The notes under the pieces are model-generated. The model saw nothing but the letters and a program-made list of their open reading frames with translations, was not told the origin of the DNA and made no database searches. 64,000 nt of DNA from an uncultured Rickettsiales bacterium (GTDB lineage Bacteria > Pseudomonadota > Alphaproteobacteria > Rickettsiales > UBA1997): assembly GCA_944391025.1 (NCBI GenBank), contig CALXSC010000088.1, forward strand, positions 8,278 to 72,277, given 5' to 3'. Positions 1 to 10,519 of this stretch are shown in pieces; the stretch's first letter is position 1, and each line of letters starts with the position of its first letter. The translations under genes were made by a program, and so were the position numbers.

Positions 1-74
1 AGGCGACTATAGGCGACGTGAAATATAATATTAATGGTGATATTTTAACTGTCATAGTTCCGATAACTAAATAA
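1..74 (+). CDS. 3' end of a gene entering the window (possibly Hsp20-like C-terminus)
   Basis: Open frame ATIGDVKYNINGDILTVIVPITK* ending at TAA 72-74, followed by a hairpin; only 23 codons are visible. Confidence 0.35.
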   Translation, partial: ATIGDVKYNINGDILTVIVPITK

Positions 75-93
75 TTTAAGAGTAGCTATAAAG

Positions 94-130
94 TAATTAA
101 CCAACCCATTAATAGGCTGGTTAATTTTTT
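94..130. terminator. Bidirectional intrinsic terminator
   Basis: AATTAACCA...TGGTTAATT inverted repeat plus T-run between convergent genes. Confidence 0.6.
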
Positions 131-150
131 GTTATTTATGAATAATGGTA

Positions 151-1548
151 TTATTCAAAATTAATATCAAATCCTTCCATTTGCAATTGCTCCTTAAGCT
201 CTTTTTTGCAAACTTCTAGACCTTCCTCTGTCATAGCTTCTGCTCTTGCTGTCATAGCAGGCTCTGTATTTGAACTCCTGATTAGCCACCAGTCGCTTTT
301 ATTTACGTAAACCCTCGCACCATCAATTTGAATGACTTTTCTTCCTTTAGCCTTCATTCTTTCGGCAATCTCGTCAGGAACTTTATATTTAATAATATCA
401 TCTGGAGTTTTTATCTTAATTTTTTTAGTCAAATATGTTTTAGGAAATGTTTTTCTAATATCTTCCAGGGTTTCGTTTCCATTTGCTAAAAAGTTAATCA
501 TTTTCATTGTAGCAACTAAACTATCGTCAAAATTATGGTTTTCACCATAGTAGATATGGCAGCTGGTTTCTCCGCCAATTTTTATATTATCTTCTTTCAT
601 TTTGGCTTTAAAAGCAGAATGTCCTGGTTTCCACATAACTGGAATGCCGCTAAATTTTTCAATGTCATCAACTAGAATCTGGCTTGAAGAAATTTCAAAT
701 AGAACTTTTTCACCAGGATTTTCCTTTAGGAAAGGCCTCATAAGTATATCAAGGATTTCGTCTCCAAAATAAATATATCCCTCTCTATCTATAAATCCCA
801 ATCTATCACCATCACCGTCATAGGATATGCCTAAATCATAGCCGCCGTCAACGACTGCGTTTTTTAAATCCTGCATTTCTTTAGCAAGTGAAGGATCCGC
901 AAGGTGATTAGGGAATCTTCCATCAACAGTGTCATATAAAAACTTGTGTTTTCCAGGCAGGTTTTTCATAACATCATGAATAACGTCAGCTACAACGCCG
1001 TTTCCGGTATCAAAAACTATATTTAGAACCTTTGAATTTGGAGTTAGTTTTAGGAAAGACAGCACATATTTTATATAGTCTTCTCTAACATTAGCCTTAG
1101 TAATTTTGCCATTTCCTGTTGCAAAATCACCGCTTTCGGCAATTTTTCCAATTTTTTGTATATCATCACCCCAAACCGGATCTTCCTTTGTAAGCATCTT
1201 AAAACCGTTGTATTCGGCGGGATTATGGGAAGCTGTGATTATCATGCCGGCGTCAACATTCAAATGCCATACAGACCAATACATGCAAGGACTCATAACT
1301 AGACCTAAATCTATTGCATCTATACCGGCTGTAATTAATCCTTCCATAAAATATTTCTGCAATTCCTCAGAACTAACTCTTCCGTCTCTGCCAACCACGC
1401 AGGTTTTTTTATTCAAATTTCTTAAAAATGTTCCATAGGCCTTTCCCATAAAATAAGCATCAGTAGTATCAAAATCCTTGCCAAAAACGCCCCTTACATC
1501 ATAGGCTTTTAGAATTGAAGGAGTAAATTTATGAGTTTTTGCATCCAT
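151..1548 (-). CDS. Phosphomannomutase/phosphoglucomutase (AlgC-like)
   Basis: YDVRG N-terminus, ITASHNP phosphoserine loop, DGDGDR metal loop, GETSCH. Confidence 0.93.
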   Translation of the reverse strand: MDAKTHKFTPSILKAYDVRGVFGKDFDTTDAYFMGKAYGTFLRNLNKKTCVVGRDGRVSSEELQKYFMEGLITAGIDAIDLGLVMSPCMYWSVWHLNVDAGMIITASHNPAEYNGFKMLTKEDPVWGDDIQKIGKIAESGDFATGNGKITKANVREDYIKYVLSFLKLTPNSKVLNIVFDTGNGVVADVIHDVMKNLPGKHKFLYDTVDGRFPNHLADPSLAKEMQDLKNAVVDGGYDLGISYDGDGDRLGFIDREGYIYFGDEILDILMRPFLKENPGEKVLFEISSSQILVDDIEKFSGIPVMWKPGHSAFKAKMKEDNIKIGGETSCHIYYGENHNFDDSLVATMKMINFLANGNETLEDIRKTFPKTYLTKKIKIKTPDDIIKYKVPDEIAERMKAKGRKVIQIDGARVYVNKSDWWLIRSSNTEPAMTARAEAMTEEGLEVCKKELKEQLQMEGFDINFE

Positions 1549-1729
1549 AATATATATTTTTGTTTGTTAACTGGAAAAAGAATAGAATTAAAATTGCTAT
1601 TATTCAAGAAAAAAAATAAATATAAAATTTTTATAAAATTTCAATTTTCAATTTTTTGGATAATATTTTTATTAGTTTATTATAATAACGCATTAATAAA
1701 ATAATATTATTAAAATATTGATAAACTTA

Positions 1730-1758
1730 TTGACAACTAAAAAAAATTGTGATATACT
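1730..1758 (+). promoter_or_regulatory. sigma70 promoter of orphan gene
   Basis: TTGACA-N17-TATACT with extended -10 TG. Confidence 0.75.
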
Positions 1759-1778
1759 ATTGGCAAGTTTAACAAACG

Positions 1779-3806
1779 GTGTATTATTTTATGGAACAGA
1801 CACTTGAACAAATTTTGAAACAAAAAAGAACTGAAGTAACTAGACAATATGTTGCGGGAAAATATAGAAGTACTGAAGAGGCCAAACGTAAATATTTTGT
1901 TTTGCAGCAGACTATGGACTCCGATTATTATTTTAATCTTCTTTCTGAATCTGCTAGAAATAGCTTTTTAATTGGCGAACCAAATTTGACTGATATTTTT
2001 GATAAAATTTTATGTATGGCTAGCGAAAAAAACGTAAAGAAGATGCAAATATCTTTAAATAGTGTTTCTATGTGTATAGAAAGGATGGCTAATTCTTTAG
2101 TTAGTGTATATGATACTGAAATATTTTATAATATCGTTTCTGCATTCGCCAATAATCTTGATGCTCAAGCAAGGAGTACCGTATTGGACTCTTTAAGGAG
2201 TTCTCTTTTAAAAAGAAGCGAAAACTATTTTAGTCCATTGAGAGAAGAGAAAGAGGCACTATATTCTTTGGCTGGATGTTTTAATATGCCATTTTTATTT
2301 GAAGAGAAAATTTTTCCTCTACCAAACGCAAAGGAACTATTTTTATCATTCCAATCTGGAACAGAAATAACGGGGCAATTAACTTCTCCAATAAAAAATG
2401 ATAGGACAACCGCTAGGAGTAAAATTTTATCATTAGTTTCAGATATTAGCGATGCTGAGCAGTGCAATATGTTTTTTAAACTAGCCAGCGGAACAGAAAC
2501 TGTTTATTTTGATGAAGATTTTGAAAACAATCGTTTTCAACTAAGAAGGGTTTCTAGTGGTACTACAATTCCAGAATCAGACGTTGTAAGAGATTCGCAA
2601 TTTAGCCAGTCATCACTATTCGGCATTTTGATGGTCCAAGCATCTTTAGAGGATGAAATGAGTCCAGATGAAAGTCAAAAAATAAAAAATTTATTGAGAA
2701 CTCAGATAGTAAAACTATTTGCTATGGTGAATAAAAGAGAAGGTGACTATTTAAAATATATCATTCCGCTCTCCTATAATGTCAATACAACCGGTTTAGA
2801 CATTAACCGAATGACCGTTTTAGATTTTGCTAAAGGTTATTTCAACAAGGATTCAGAAGTTATAGAAAAATTAAACTATCTAGAAAGGATAAATACAGAA
2901 TATAGAACTAATGGTATTAGAGCTGCAAGGTCTTTAGTTTTCGCGAAAGAACCTAGGAAAGTTCAGAAAAGAGATGCAAAAAAGAAAAAGGGTACTCCTA
3001 CAAAAAAACCAATCAAAAAAGCTTTAAGAATATTTGAGAATGGTCAAGACAAAGAGACTTTGGAGAAAGTATCAGCCTTAAAGAAAGCTATATTTGGATT
3101 ATCAAAAAGTAAAAGAAAAGTGGTTTTGGATATTATTTCTGATATTGACGATAGTAACGCACTTGCTAAATTAAATGAAATTTCTGAGCAGTTTAAAGGA
3201 ACAAAAGTTGGGTCTACCGCAACAGAACTTTATTCATTTATAAATAGTCGTGCATCAATTTCTTCTTCGGATTTATCAAAATCAGCAGAGCCTGTTATAA
3301 AATTTGATGCTCCACAGCATTCTGTGCCTATGAAGCATTTCGCTGCTTTACATATTAACGAAAGCGAGGAAAAAAAAGAAAAGGTTATTCCTGCTAAATC
3401 AATACAGGAAAAAGCCGCTGAGTTATTGGAAAGAATGAAATCCTTTGACAGTGAAGTATCTTCAATGAAAACATCCAGCAATCTTATAGCCGATAAAAAT
3501 AAGGTCAAGAAGCTTAGCGGATATGTTGACGAATTTATGGAGATTACTGAAAGCTTAAAAAAAGTTGACGCTATTGGGCTTGAGGTTAGAGTTAAAATTC
3601 TCGATGAAATTACTAAAATCAGAAGCACAATTCCAGTATTTATTATTAATGAAGAAGCTGGTCTTAGCGATAGATTGGAAAATATGGTTGCCGTTCTTGC
3701 TCCTAGAAGTTCTAGCGTTGAAAATGCAGGATGGAAAAAAACTGTAAGACAAACTAGAAAGAATATGAAGGAAAAAGAAAGCATGATGCTATCAAGTAAC
3801 AATTAA
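1779..3806 (+). CDS. Hypothetical protein (675 aa), Lys-rich segment and basic C-terminus; candidate secreted effector
   Basis: Long ORF with its own promoter; probable ATG start at 1791; no recognisable family motif. Confidence 0.75.
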   Translation: MYYFMEQTLEQILKQKRTEVTRQYVAGKYRSTEEAKRKYFVLQQTMDSDYYFNLLSESARNSFLIGEPNLTDIFDKILCMASEKNVKKMQISLNSVSMCIERMANSLVSVYDTEIFYNIVSAFANNLDAQARSTVLDSLRSSLLKRSENYFSPLREEKEALYSLAGCFNMPFLFEEKIFPLPNAKELFLSFQSGTEITGQLTSPIKNDRTTARSKILSLVSDISDAEQCNMFFKLASGTETVYFDEDFENNRFQLRRVSSGTTIPESDVVRDSQFSQSSLFGILMVQASLEDEMSPDESQKIKNLLRTQIVKLFAMVNKREGDYLKYIIPLSYNVNTTGLDINRMTVLDFAKGYFNKDSEVIEKLNYLERINTEYRTNGIRAARSLVFAKEPRKVQKRDAKKKKGTPTKKPIKKALRIFENGQDKETLEKVSALKKAIFGLSKSKRKVVLDIISDIDDSNALAKLNEISEQFKGTKVGSTATELYSFINSRASISSSDLSKSAEPVIKFDAPQHSVPMKHFAALHINESEEKKEKVIPAKSIQEKAAELLERMKSFDSEVSSMKTSSNLIADKNKVKKLSGYVDEFMEITESLKKVDAIGLEVRVKILDEITKIRSTIPVFIINEEAGLSDRLENMVAVLAPRSSSVENAGWKKTVRQTRKNMKEKESMMLSSNN

Positions 3807-3850
3807 ATTTTATTTAACAAAATCTCTTAAAAAATAGGTAGATTTTCTAC

Positions 3851-5026
3851 CTATTTTATTCTAGCCATGCCATTTTCTACAACTACATTTCCTTCTAATT
3901 CCAGTTCTGTTACAATTTCATTTATATCCTTTATCTGTATTCCCAAATCCTGACTCAGCAGGTCTAGAGATATCGGGGTATGGTTTAATTTTGACAGTAT
4001 TAATTCCTTATTATCCATAGGATCGGGCTCTTTTAATTCTTCCTCAAATGCAGCCTTTTCATCATTGGTAATCGTATCTTCCAAATCACCATCAAAAATT
4101 AAATTATCATTTTTTATCTTCTCCCTCTCCACGTCGCTTAATGTAAATGATGGCATCGGATTGTCATCTATTCTAAAATTTTGAACAATATCCAGAACGT
4201 CTTCAAGACTAGTAACAACATTAGCACCGTCCTTTATCAATTTATTTGAACCTTCACACCTATAGTCGTATGGATTTCCGGGAGTAACCAATAGTTCTCT
4301 GCCCTGCTCAAGCGCCTGTCTCGCTGTATGCAGAGTTCCAGACCTGGCGCCAGCTTCTATAACAATAATTGCTTCAGACAAACCGGACACTATCCTGTTT
4401 CTTGCAGGAAAATTTTCTGCCCTTGGCGCAGAATTAAATGGAACTTCTGAAATTATCAGACCCTTATTCTTTATTTCATAATATAATTCCTCATTGCCCC
4501 TTGGATATATATCGTCAACACCTCCGCCGAGTACAGCAATAGTTCCAGTTTCAATTGCACCACGATGCGCCGAACTATCTATTCCGCTAGCAAACCCCGA
4601 AGTTATAACAAAATCAGCCTCGCCCAATTCCCTAGCTAATTTTCTTGCAAAGTTACAGCCATTTGAAGAGGCAGTCCTTGAACCAACTATTGAAATTGAT
4701 CTCCTATTAAGCAACTCCTGATTGCCTAAAATTGTCAAAACAGGAGGAAATGTGTCTATATGTTTAAGCAACCTTGGATATTCTTTGCTATTAAAGGTTA
4801 TTATTTTTGCACCAATAGTAGAGCAACCGACGATTTCCCTATCAATTTCTTCCTTGCTTGCAATTACTATTGGGTTTTTGCTCCTGCTTCTCCTATTGAA
4901 ATCTTGAATATTAGAAATTGCAGTTTCACAATCACCAAAATATTCCAATAACCTTACAAAAGTTAATGGTCCAACATTTTTACTTCTAAAAAGCCTTAAA
5001 ATATTATAATCTTTTTGCGACAACAT
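3851..5026 (-). CDS. dprA: DNA-processing protein DprA
   Basis: IVGSR, SGFASGID, FPARNRIVSGLS, SGTLHTA motifs and C-terminal winged helix. Confidence 0.95.
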   Translation of the reverse strand: MLSQKDYNILRLFRSKNVGPLTFVRLLEYFGDCETAISNIQDFNRRSRSKNPIVIASKEEIDREIVGCSTIGAKIITFNSKEYPRLLKHIDTFPPVLTILGNQELLNRRSISIVGSRTASSNGCNFARKLARELGEADFVITSGFASGIDSSAHRGAIETGTIAVLGGGVDDIYPRGNEELYYEIKNKGLIISEVPFNSAPRAENFPARNRIVSGLSEAIIVIEAGARSGTLHTARQALEQGRELLVTPGNPYDYRCEGSNKLIKDGANVVTSLEDVLDIVQNFRIDDNPMPSFTLSDVEREKIKNDNLIFDGDLEDTITNDEKAAFEEELKEPDPMDNKELILSKLNHTPISLDLLSQDLGIQIKDINEIVTELELEGNVVVENGMARIK

Positions 5027-5370
5027 ATTTTTTCCATAATTAAAGTCAAATCAAAAATAAATAGAATAATTTAACTTTTTATATAACTTAATTATGTAAT
5101 ATATATTTATAAAAAATAAAAAACAACAACTAATCTTAAATTTTTCAACATTTCACAACCATAGATATATACCAATAAGTTGTATAAAAAATACAACTAT
5201 AAAGTTGTATTTTAAAAAATTAGATAGGCGTATATTTCAACTATATGTAATGATGTTTTATAAAAATAACCTAGGATTATTTATTTTAAAAATTCCATGG
5301 TTTTTTATAGCTATTTAGCTTTTAATTGAAACGCATAACCCGCTTTACCAAAGAGATATTTAAAAATCAA

Positions 5371-5665
5371 ACGAAGCACGAAGTGGGCGGGATGTTGGCT
5401 TGCCAAACATCACGAGCCTGCCGTCCCACAAAGTGCCGAAGCGACTGCAAGGAGCAAGAAGCACGAAGCAGAGGGGAAGGAAGCTTGCTTCACTTCACCA
5501 GTGAAGCGAAGCTGAACGATCTGCGAAGTGCGAGACGACCAAAGGGAGTATCAAGCACGAAGCCAAAACAAACGAAGCTTGTTTCAGTTTTCTAGCTTGT
5601 CGTTGGGCGAAGTGCCGAAGCGACCACAAGGAGCAAGAAGCAATATATATATAGATATATATTGC
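5371..5665 (+). ncRNA. Candidate structured RNA / tandem array of three hairpin modules with conserved linkers
   Basis: GC-rich island; 33-nt direct repeats at 5431-5463 and 5610-5642 (2 mismatches) and a variant at 5526-5557; each module is GCAC-GAA...(G/A)AA-GTGC enclosing a CUUG-capped hairpin with a bulged A. Confidence 0.55.
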
Positions 5666-5912
5666 AAGGCTTAATTTTTAAATATATAAAATCAAAAGTT
5701 AGGATAAGATGGGACCTTGGAATTTTAAGGCTTTTTAGGATTACGGAAATGTTTCAAGTAAAATTGAAATGAGTATATAATAGGCAATAATCTACCCATA
5801 GCCATTTTTATGGTATAAATAAAAAATTAAAAATTATAATTTAAAATTTTCTTGCAATTTAAAACATAATATATATACATTGAGGAAAGGTTTATATTTA
5901 ATTATAATAACA

Positions 5913-6071
5913 ATGTTTAGAAGATTTTTGTCGGGTTTTATGACTTGTTTTCCTTTTGTTTGCTTATCTGATAAAGATATAAAGTATTTTCCTGAGGAAA
6001 TATATAGAAATGATTGGAAAACAGTAGGAATTGACATTAAAAATACAATAAAAAAACAACAAAAAATATAG
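5913..6071 (+). CDS. Small hypothetical protein
   Basis: Short ORF (MFRRFLSGF...DWKTVGIDIK) directly upstream of the DUF2335-like gene. Confidence 0.5.
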   Translation: MFRRFLSGFMTCFPFVCLSDKDIKYFPEEIYRNDWKTVGIDIKNTIKKQQKI

Positions 6072-6078
6072 GATTGAA

Positions 6079-6501
6079 ATGAATATTATTCAAGAAAAAA
6101 GAGAGACACTTTTACCACCTCCAGAATTACTGGAAAGATACGAAAATATATCAAAAGGTTTGTCAAAGGACTTGGTTGACCTAGTTAAAAAAGAACAGAT
6201 ACATAGACATAAATTGCAGGACAGATATTTAATGCATTTCAGATTGGGGCAAATTTTTGGTTCATTATTTTTAATATATATAATATATATGATTTTTGAC
6301 TTAGCCAAAACTGGAAATTTTACTATAGCATATCTAATGTCAGCCATGTTTGGATTATTAATAGTATTGATTTTATTGCAGTATAAAAAAGACAAATTAA
6401 GCGCTATTATAAGAAATTCAGGCAAAACAAATAATGGCGGCCAAAACAGAAGAAACAACAATTATAGAAGAAATTATACACAAAAGAGAACAAATAACTA
6501 A
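6079..6501 (+). CDS. DUF2335-like membrane protein
   Basis: LPPPELLERYE motif followed by two hydrophobic helices. Confidence 0.7.
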   Translation: MNIIQEKRETLLPPPELLERYENISKGLSKDLVDLVKKEQIHRHKLQDRYLMHFRLGQIFGSLFLIYIIYMIFDLAKTGNFTIAYLMSAMFGLLIVLILLQYKKDKLSAIIRNSGKTNNGGQNRRNNNYRRNYTQKRTNN

Positions 6502-6522
6502 ATAATAAAGGAGCTAAATAAT

Positions 6523-7623
6523 ATGGCAGTATCAACAGAAAAACAAAAAGCATTAGAGATAGCCTTACAACAAATAGACAAACAATTCGGCAAGGGTTCA
6601 GCTATGAAGTTTGGACAAAAACCGGTTGAAAATATAAAAGTAATACCTTCAGGTTCATTAACTCTAGACGAAGCGCTTGGAGTTGGCGGTTATCCAAGAG
6701 GCAGAATTATTGAAATATATGGACCGGAGAGCTCTGGTAAGACAACACTGACACTCCATGCTATAGCTGAAGCACAAAAACAAGATCTAACATGCGCATT
6801 TATTGACGCAGAACACGCATTTGATCCAACCTATGCAAAAAAGTTAGGCATTAACCTAGACGAGCTTATAATTTCCCAGCCTAGCAGCGGAGAAGAGGCG
6901 TTGGAAATAGCTGATACTCTAGTTAGGTCTGGAGCTGTGGATGTTATAGTTATTGACTCAGTTGCAGCACTGGTTCCAAAGGCTGAATTGGAAGGAGCTA
7001 TGGAAGATAACCAAATGGGTCTACAGGCTAGATTAATGAGTAAAGCATTGAGAAAATTAACTGGTTCAGTTTCAAAAACAAATTGTACAGTATTCTTTAT
7101 TAACCAAATCAGAATGAAGATTGGCATAATGTTCGGTTCGCCAGAAACTACTACCGGAGGAAACGCTTTGAAATTCTATGCGTCAGTTAGATTGGATGTA
7201 AGAAAGGGCGCGCAAATAAAAGACAAGGAAGAATCAGTTGGAAATGACACAACGGTTAAGATTGTAAAGAATAAAGTCGCACCTCCATTCAGAACTGCAA
7301 AGTTTGAAATAATCTATGGTGAAGGTATTTCTAAAATTGGAGAAATTATTGACCTTGGTGTAGATATGAATATAATTGAAAAATCAGGTTCATGGTATTC
7401 ATACAACAGCACAAGAATTGGTCAAGGCAAAGAAAACGTTAAGGAGTATCTAAAAAATAACCAGGAGATGCTACAGGAGATTGAGACTAAGATTAGGGTT
7501 AATTTCTGTGATCCGCTCAACTCAAATGATGACCAGGTTCTAGAGGAATTTAATGAAGAGAGTGAAGGTACAGCTGGACTAGAGGAAGAACCGGTTGAAA
7601 CTAAAAAAACTAAAAAGAAATAA
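6523..7623 (+). CDS. recA: Recombinase RecA
   Basis: GPESSGKTT Walker [12 protein letters not shown] signature; GGAG RBS. Confidence 0.99.
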   Translation: MAVSTEKQKALEIALQQIDKQFGKGSAMKFGQKPVENIKVIPSGSLTLDEALGVGGYPRGRIIEIYGPESSGKTTLTLHAIAEAQKQDLTCAFIDAEHAFDPTYAKKLGINLDELIISQPSSGEEALEIADTLVRSGAVDVIVIDSVAALVPKAELEGAMEDNQMGLQARLMSKALRKLTGSVSKTNCTVFFINQIRMKIGIMFGSPETTTGGNALKFYASVRLDVRKGAQIKDKEESVGNDTTVKIVKNKVAPPFRTAKFEIIYGEGISKIGEIIDLGVDMNIIEKSGSWYSYNSTRIGQGKENVKEYLKNNQEMLQEIETKIRVNFCDPLNSNDDQVLEEFNEESEGTAGLEEEPVETKKTKKK

Positions 7624-7630
7624 AAAAACT

Positions 7631-7659
7631 AATAGGGGTATTAAATACTCCTATTTTTA
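7631..7659 (+). terminator. Intrinsic terminator after recA
   Basis: AATAGGGGTA-TTAAA-TACTCCTATT hairpin followed by T-run. Confidence 0.75.
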
Positions 7660-7829
7660 TATCTCCTGATTTTGACTATATAAATAAAATGAATATTCTG
7701 GACTATTTCAATTCAAACAAAATAGGAGATTAACCGAAAAAAATCCGTGAATACAATTCTATGCCAAAATATCAGCTGCTATTTAAATATTCAACGGTTA
7801 AATAGGGACTGTTAACCTTATATTGATAT

Positions 7830-7923
7830 AATTCGTCATCGCGGGCATAGCGTGGCGATCTCGTAAAACAGAATGCTGTCCGAGATTGCCATGTCTGCTA
7901 CTCCACCTCGCAATGACGGAATT
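7830..7923. repeat. Rickettsia-palindromic-element (RPE)/REP-like palindrome
   Basis: CGTCATCGCG...GTGGCGATCTCG...CGAGATTGCCAT...CTCGCAATGACG nested inverted repeat of the GTCATTGCGAG...CTCGCAATGAC type. Confidence 0.7.
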
Positions 7924-8071
7924 TGTTCACAATTTATTTTTTCTACAAAATATGGAACGAATGATTGTATCAATATAATGCAATCAAACCAGTTAAATAA
8001 ATAGCAAATAACTATTGAATAAAAAAAAGGATTATATAAAATTTATTCAGTTATTTAATTTGTATAATTCT

Positions 8072-8524
8072 ATGAAAATATTGGCTCTATTTATTGGTTT
8101 TTTGTTTTGTTTTAACTCTAATGCAGCTGAGCTTGAAAGTTCATTCTATGTATCCCTTAGGTCAGATGAGGTAAATCTGCGAACTGGTCCAGGAAATGAA
8201 TATCCGATAAAGTATGTATACCAATTAAAGGATATGCCGCTCAAGGTGGTCGGACAATATGACAATTGGTATAAGATCAAGGACAAGGATAATGAGGAAG
8301 GATGGGTAAATAAAAATCTTACCTCAAAAAAAAGAACTATGATTGTAATAAATGGAACACAAATAATGTATAAAAAAGATGATACAAAATCAAATCCAAT
8401 CTTTAGGCTGGAGGAAAATGTTGTTGTAAAATATGATAAATGCAATCAAAATTGGTGCAAGGTTGAGGTTAACAACAGGAGCGGTTGGATTCAAAATAAA
8501 AATATATGGGGTTATGAAGAATAA
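8072..8524 (+). CDS. Bacterial SH3 domain-containing periplasmic protein
   Basis: Signal peptide from ATG 8072, VNLRTGPG..YPI, two SH3b-like repeats ending IWG. Confidence 0.88.
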   Translation: MKILALFIGFLFCFNSNAAELESSFYVSLRSDEVNLRTGPGNEYPIKYVYQLKDMPLKVVGQYDNWYKIKDKDNEEGWVNKNLTSKKRTMIVINGTQIMYKKDDTKSNPIFRLEENVVVKYDKCNQNWCKVEVNNRSGWIQNKNIWGYEE

Positions 8525-8529
8525 ACTGA

Positions 8530-9975
8530 ATGATGCAAATATTCATAGCCGCAATAAATTTTTTATCTATTTTTTTCCTAGCATTTTTTATAGGAAGCAA
8601 TAAAGCCTACAAAAATATAATAATATCAATTCTGATAACTGCTTTTATAGTTTTAGAAATGCTGTCTTTCATGTATCTGGGCTATGAAATAAAGGAAGAG
8701 TTTATGTTCTTCCTAGCAAATATTCAAATATTCCATTTAACTTTAGTTACAAAATTATTTATAATATACTATACAATCTTGATAAGCATCTTCATATTTG
8801 TTTTGCTATATTATATTTTAAGAAAATTCCAGATACAAAAATATAAAAAATTGTGCATTATATTATCTTTATCGCTGCTAGTATCACCAATAGGTTTTAT
8901 ATACAAAATTTTCTACGTCTTTACAATAAGCTATGCAAGAGATTATTTATTGTATAGAGACGCATCCTATCAGAATATCTTTAAAGAAATAAAAGCTAAA
9001 GACTATATAACAAAAAACGAATTAAAGATACTAAATCCAAAGGATAAATATAAAAATATAGTATGGATATATCTAGAATCATATGAGCAAAGCTACTTAA
9101 CCAATGAAAAGATAAAAGAATATACAAAGGATATAAGCAGACTTTCAAAACAGGGAGAGTTTTATAAAAATATAGATCAAATTAATGGAACAATGGGAAC
9201 AATGGCTGGAATTTTTAGCAGTCAGTGCGGAACAAAATATCTATCTTTTTTTCTTATAGACAATCCATATTCTAAAGAAAATAAAAATGGCAAATTGGTT
9301 TGCATCCCAGATGTATTAAAAAAAGCTGGATACCAACAGGTGTTTCTAGGAGGAGCCGACAAATACCTATTTAATAAAGGAAACTATTTGTTTTCACATG
9401 GATATGATGTTGTTGAGGATATGGAAAGCCTTACATCAAAATATCCAAAGCTAAATGAACAACTATTAAATTGGGGGGTTGGAGACTATGATATTTTTAA
9501 CATAGCAAAGAAAGAATATAAAAAGCTTTCAAAGTCTAAAAAACCTTTTAATTTAACAATATTAACAACATCAACCCATACCCCTAACGGCGTGTATGAT
9601 AAAAGATGTAAAAATAGCACAAAAAATGGATTATTAAACGGTATTGAGTGCACCAATAATCTTCTAAAGGATTTTATAGACTTTTTAAAAAAACAACCTA
9701 ACTATAGGGATACTCTGGTTGTAATAATGCCAGACCATAGACAATATGATATAAACAACCTAAATAGGATAATTGGCTTTGACGAAAAATTACTATATAT
9801 AATAATGTTAAATTCTGGAAATGTTACAACATATGATAAAACAATATATTATACAGATTTGCCAGAAATAATATTACAAAGATTAAATATAAAATCTAAT
9901 GCGACTTTCTTTGGAACTCAACACGATATACCAAGCAAAAACTTTGTATACAAAATCCATTTAGATAATAATTAA
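8530..9975 (+). CDS. Sulfatase-like membrane protein (LTA synthase/OpgB phosphoglycerol transferase family)
   Basis: N-terminal TM helices, IVWIYLES, TSTHTP and IMPDH motifs. Confidence 0.8.
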   Translation: MMQIFIAAINFLSIFFLAFFIGSNKAYKNIIISILITAFIVLEMLSFMYLGYEIKEEFMFFLANIQIFHLTLVTKLFIIYYTILISIFIFVLLYYILRKFQIQKYKKLCIILSLSLLVSPIGFIYKIFYVFTISYARDYLLYRDASYQNIFKEIKAKDYITKNELKILNPKDKYKNIVWIYLESYEQSYLTNEKIKEYTKDISRLSKQGEFYKNIDQINGTMGTMAGIFSSQCGTKYLSFFLIDNPYSKENKNGKLVCIPDVLKKAGYQQVFLGGADKYLFNKGNYLFSHGYDVVEDMESLTSKYPKLNEQLLNWGVGDYDIFNIAKKEYKKLSKSKKPFNLTILTTSTHTPNGVYDKRCKNSTKNGLLNGIECTNNLLKDFIDFLKKQPNYRDTLVVIMPDHRQYDINNLNRIIGFDEKLLYIIMLNSGNVTTYDKTIYYTDLPEIILQRLNIKSNATFFGTQHDIPSKNFVYKIHLDNN

Positions 9976-9976
9976 A

Positions 9977-10519
9977 TCATTCTATTACATTTATAACTCT
10001 TGTATCAGACAGGACATCCTGCAATACTGCATGATCATCTCTGAAGAAATATAAAAGATAGCCAACACCATATATAGTATTATTTAGTAAAAGAGCTACA
10101 TATCTTATAAAAGCACTTAGGATTCCAACCTTTGCATTTTTGGTATGTACAACCATAATTTTAAATATCTGATTGCCAATTGTTGCCTGCTTTTTAGAGG
10201 ATAAAAATAAAGTAAAATATAGTGTTGATATGCCCAAAAGTATTAAATTAACCTTCATTAAAGTTTTTCTGTCAATTTTTTCCTCCACACTAACTTTTTC
10301 TTCATCACTTCCCTTATTTTCAACAACAATTTCCTGTTTATATATATTGCCATCAAATCCATAACGCGCAGCAACATTTAGAATTAGATTAAAAATTACC
10401 ATTATTATAACTAAATCAACTGCAAAACTTGCAATTCTTTTTAATGGAGACGCATAGATGCTATTTTTATCCGTTTTAAAATTAACATAATTCCTAAAAT
10501 ACTTCTTAATTCTATCCAT
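9977..10519 (-). CDS. RDD family membrane protein
   Basis: YASPLKRIASFAVD...QATIG...LQDVLSDTRV. Confidence 0.85.
   Translation of the reverse strand: MDRIKKYFRNYVNFKTDKNSIYASPLKRIASFAVDLVIIMVIFNLILNVAARYGFDGNIYKQEIVVENKGSDEEKVSVEEKIDRKTLMKVNLILLGISTLYFTLFLSSKKQATIGNQIFKIMVVHTKNAKVGILSAFIRYVALLLNNTIYGVGYLLYFFRDDHAVLQDVLSDTRVINVIE

Noticed and set aside
5326-5595. 89-aa ORF over the structured array
   Set aside because: TTG start, repeat-derived composition; likely a by-product of the GC-rich element.
5371-5665. CRISPR array interpretation of the repeat-spacer-like region
   Set aside because: The repeats are degenerate, the spacers are 46-56 nt and share a folded structure, and there are no cas genes in the window.
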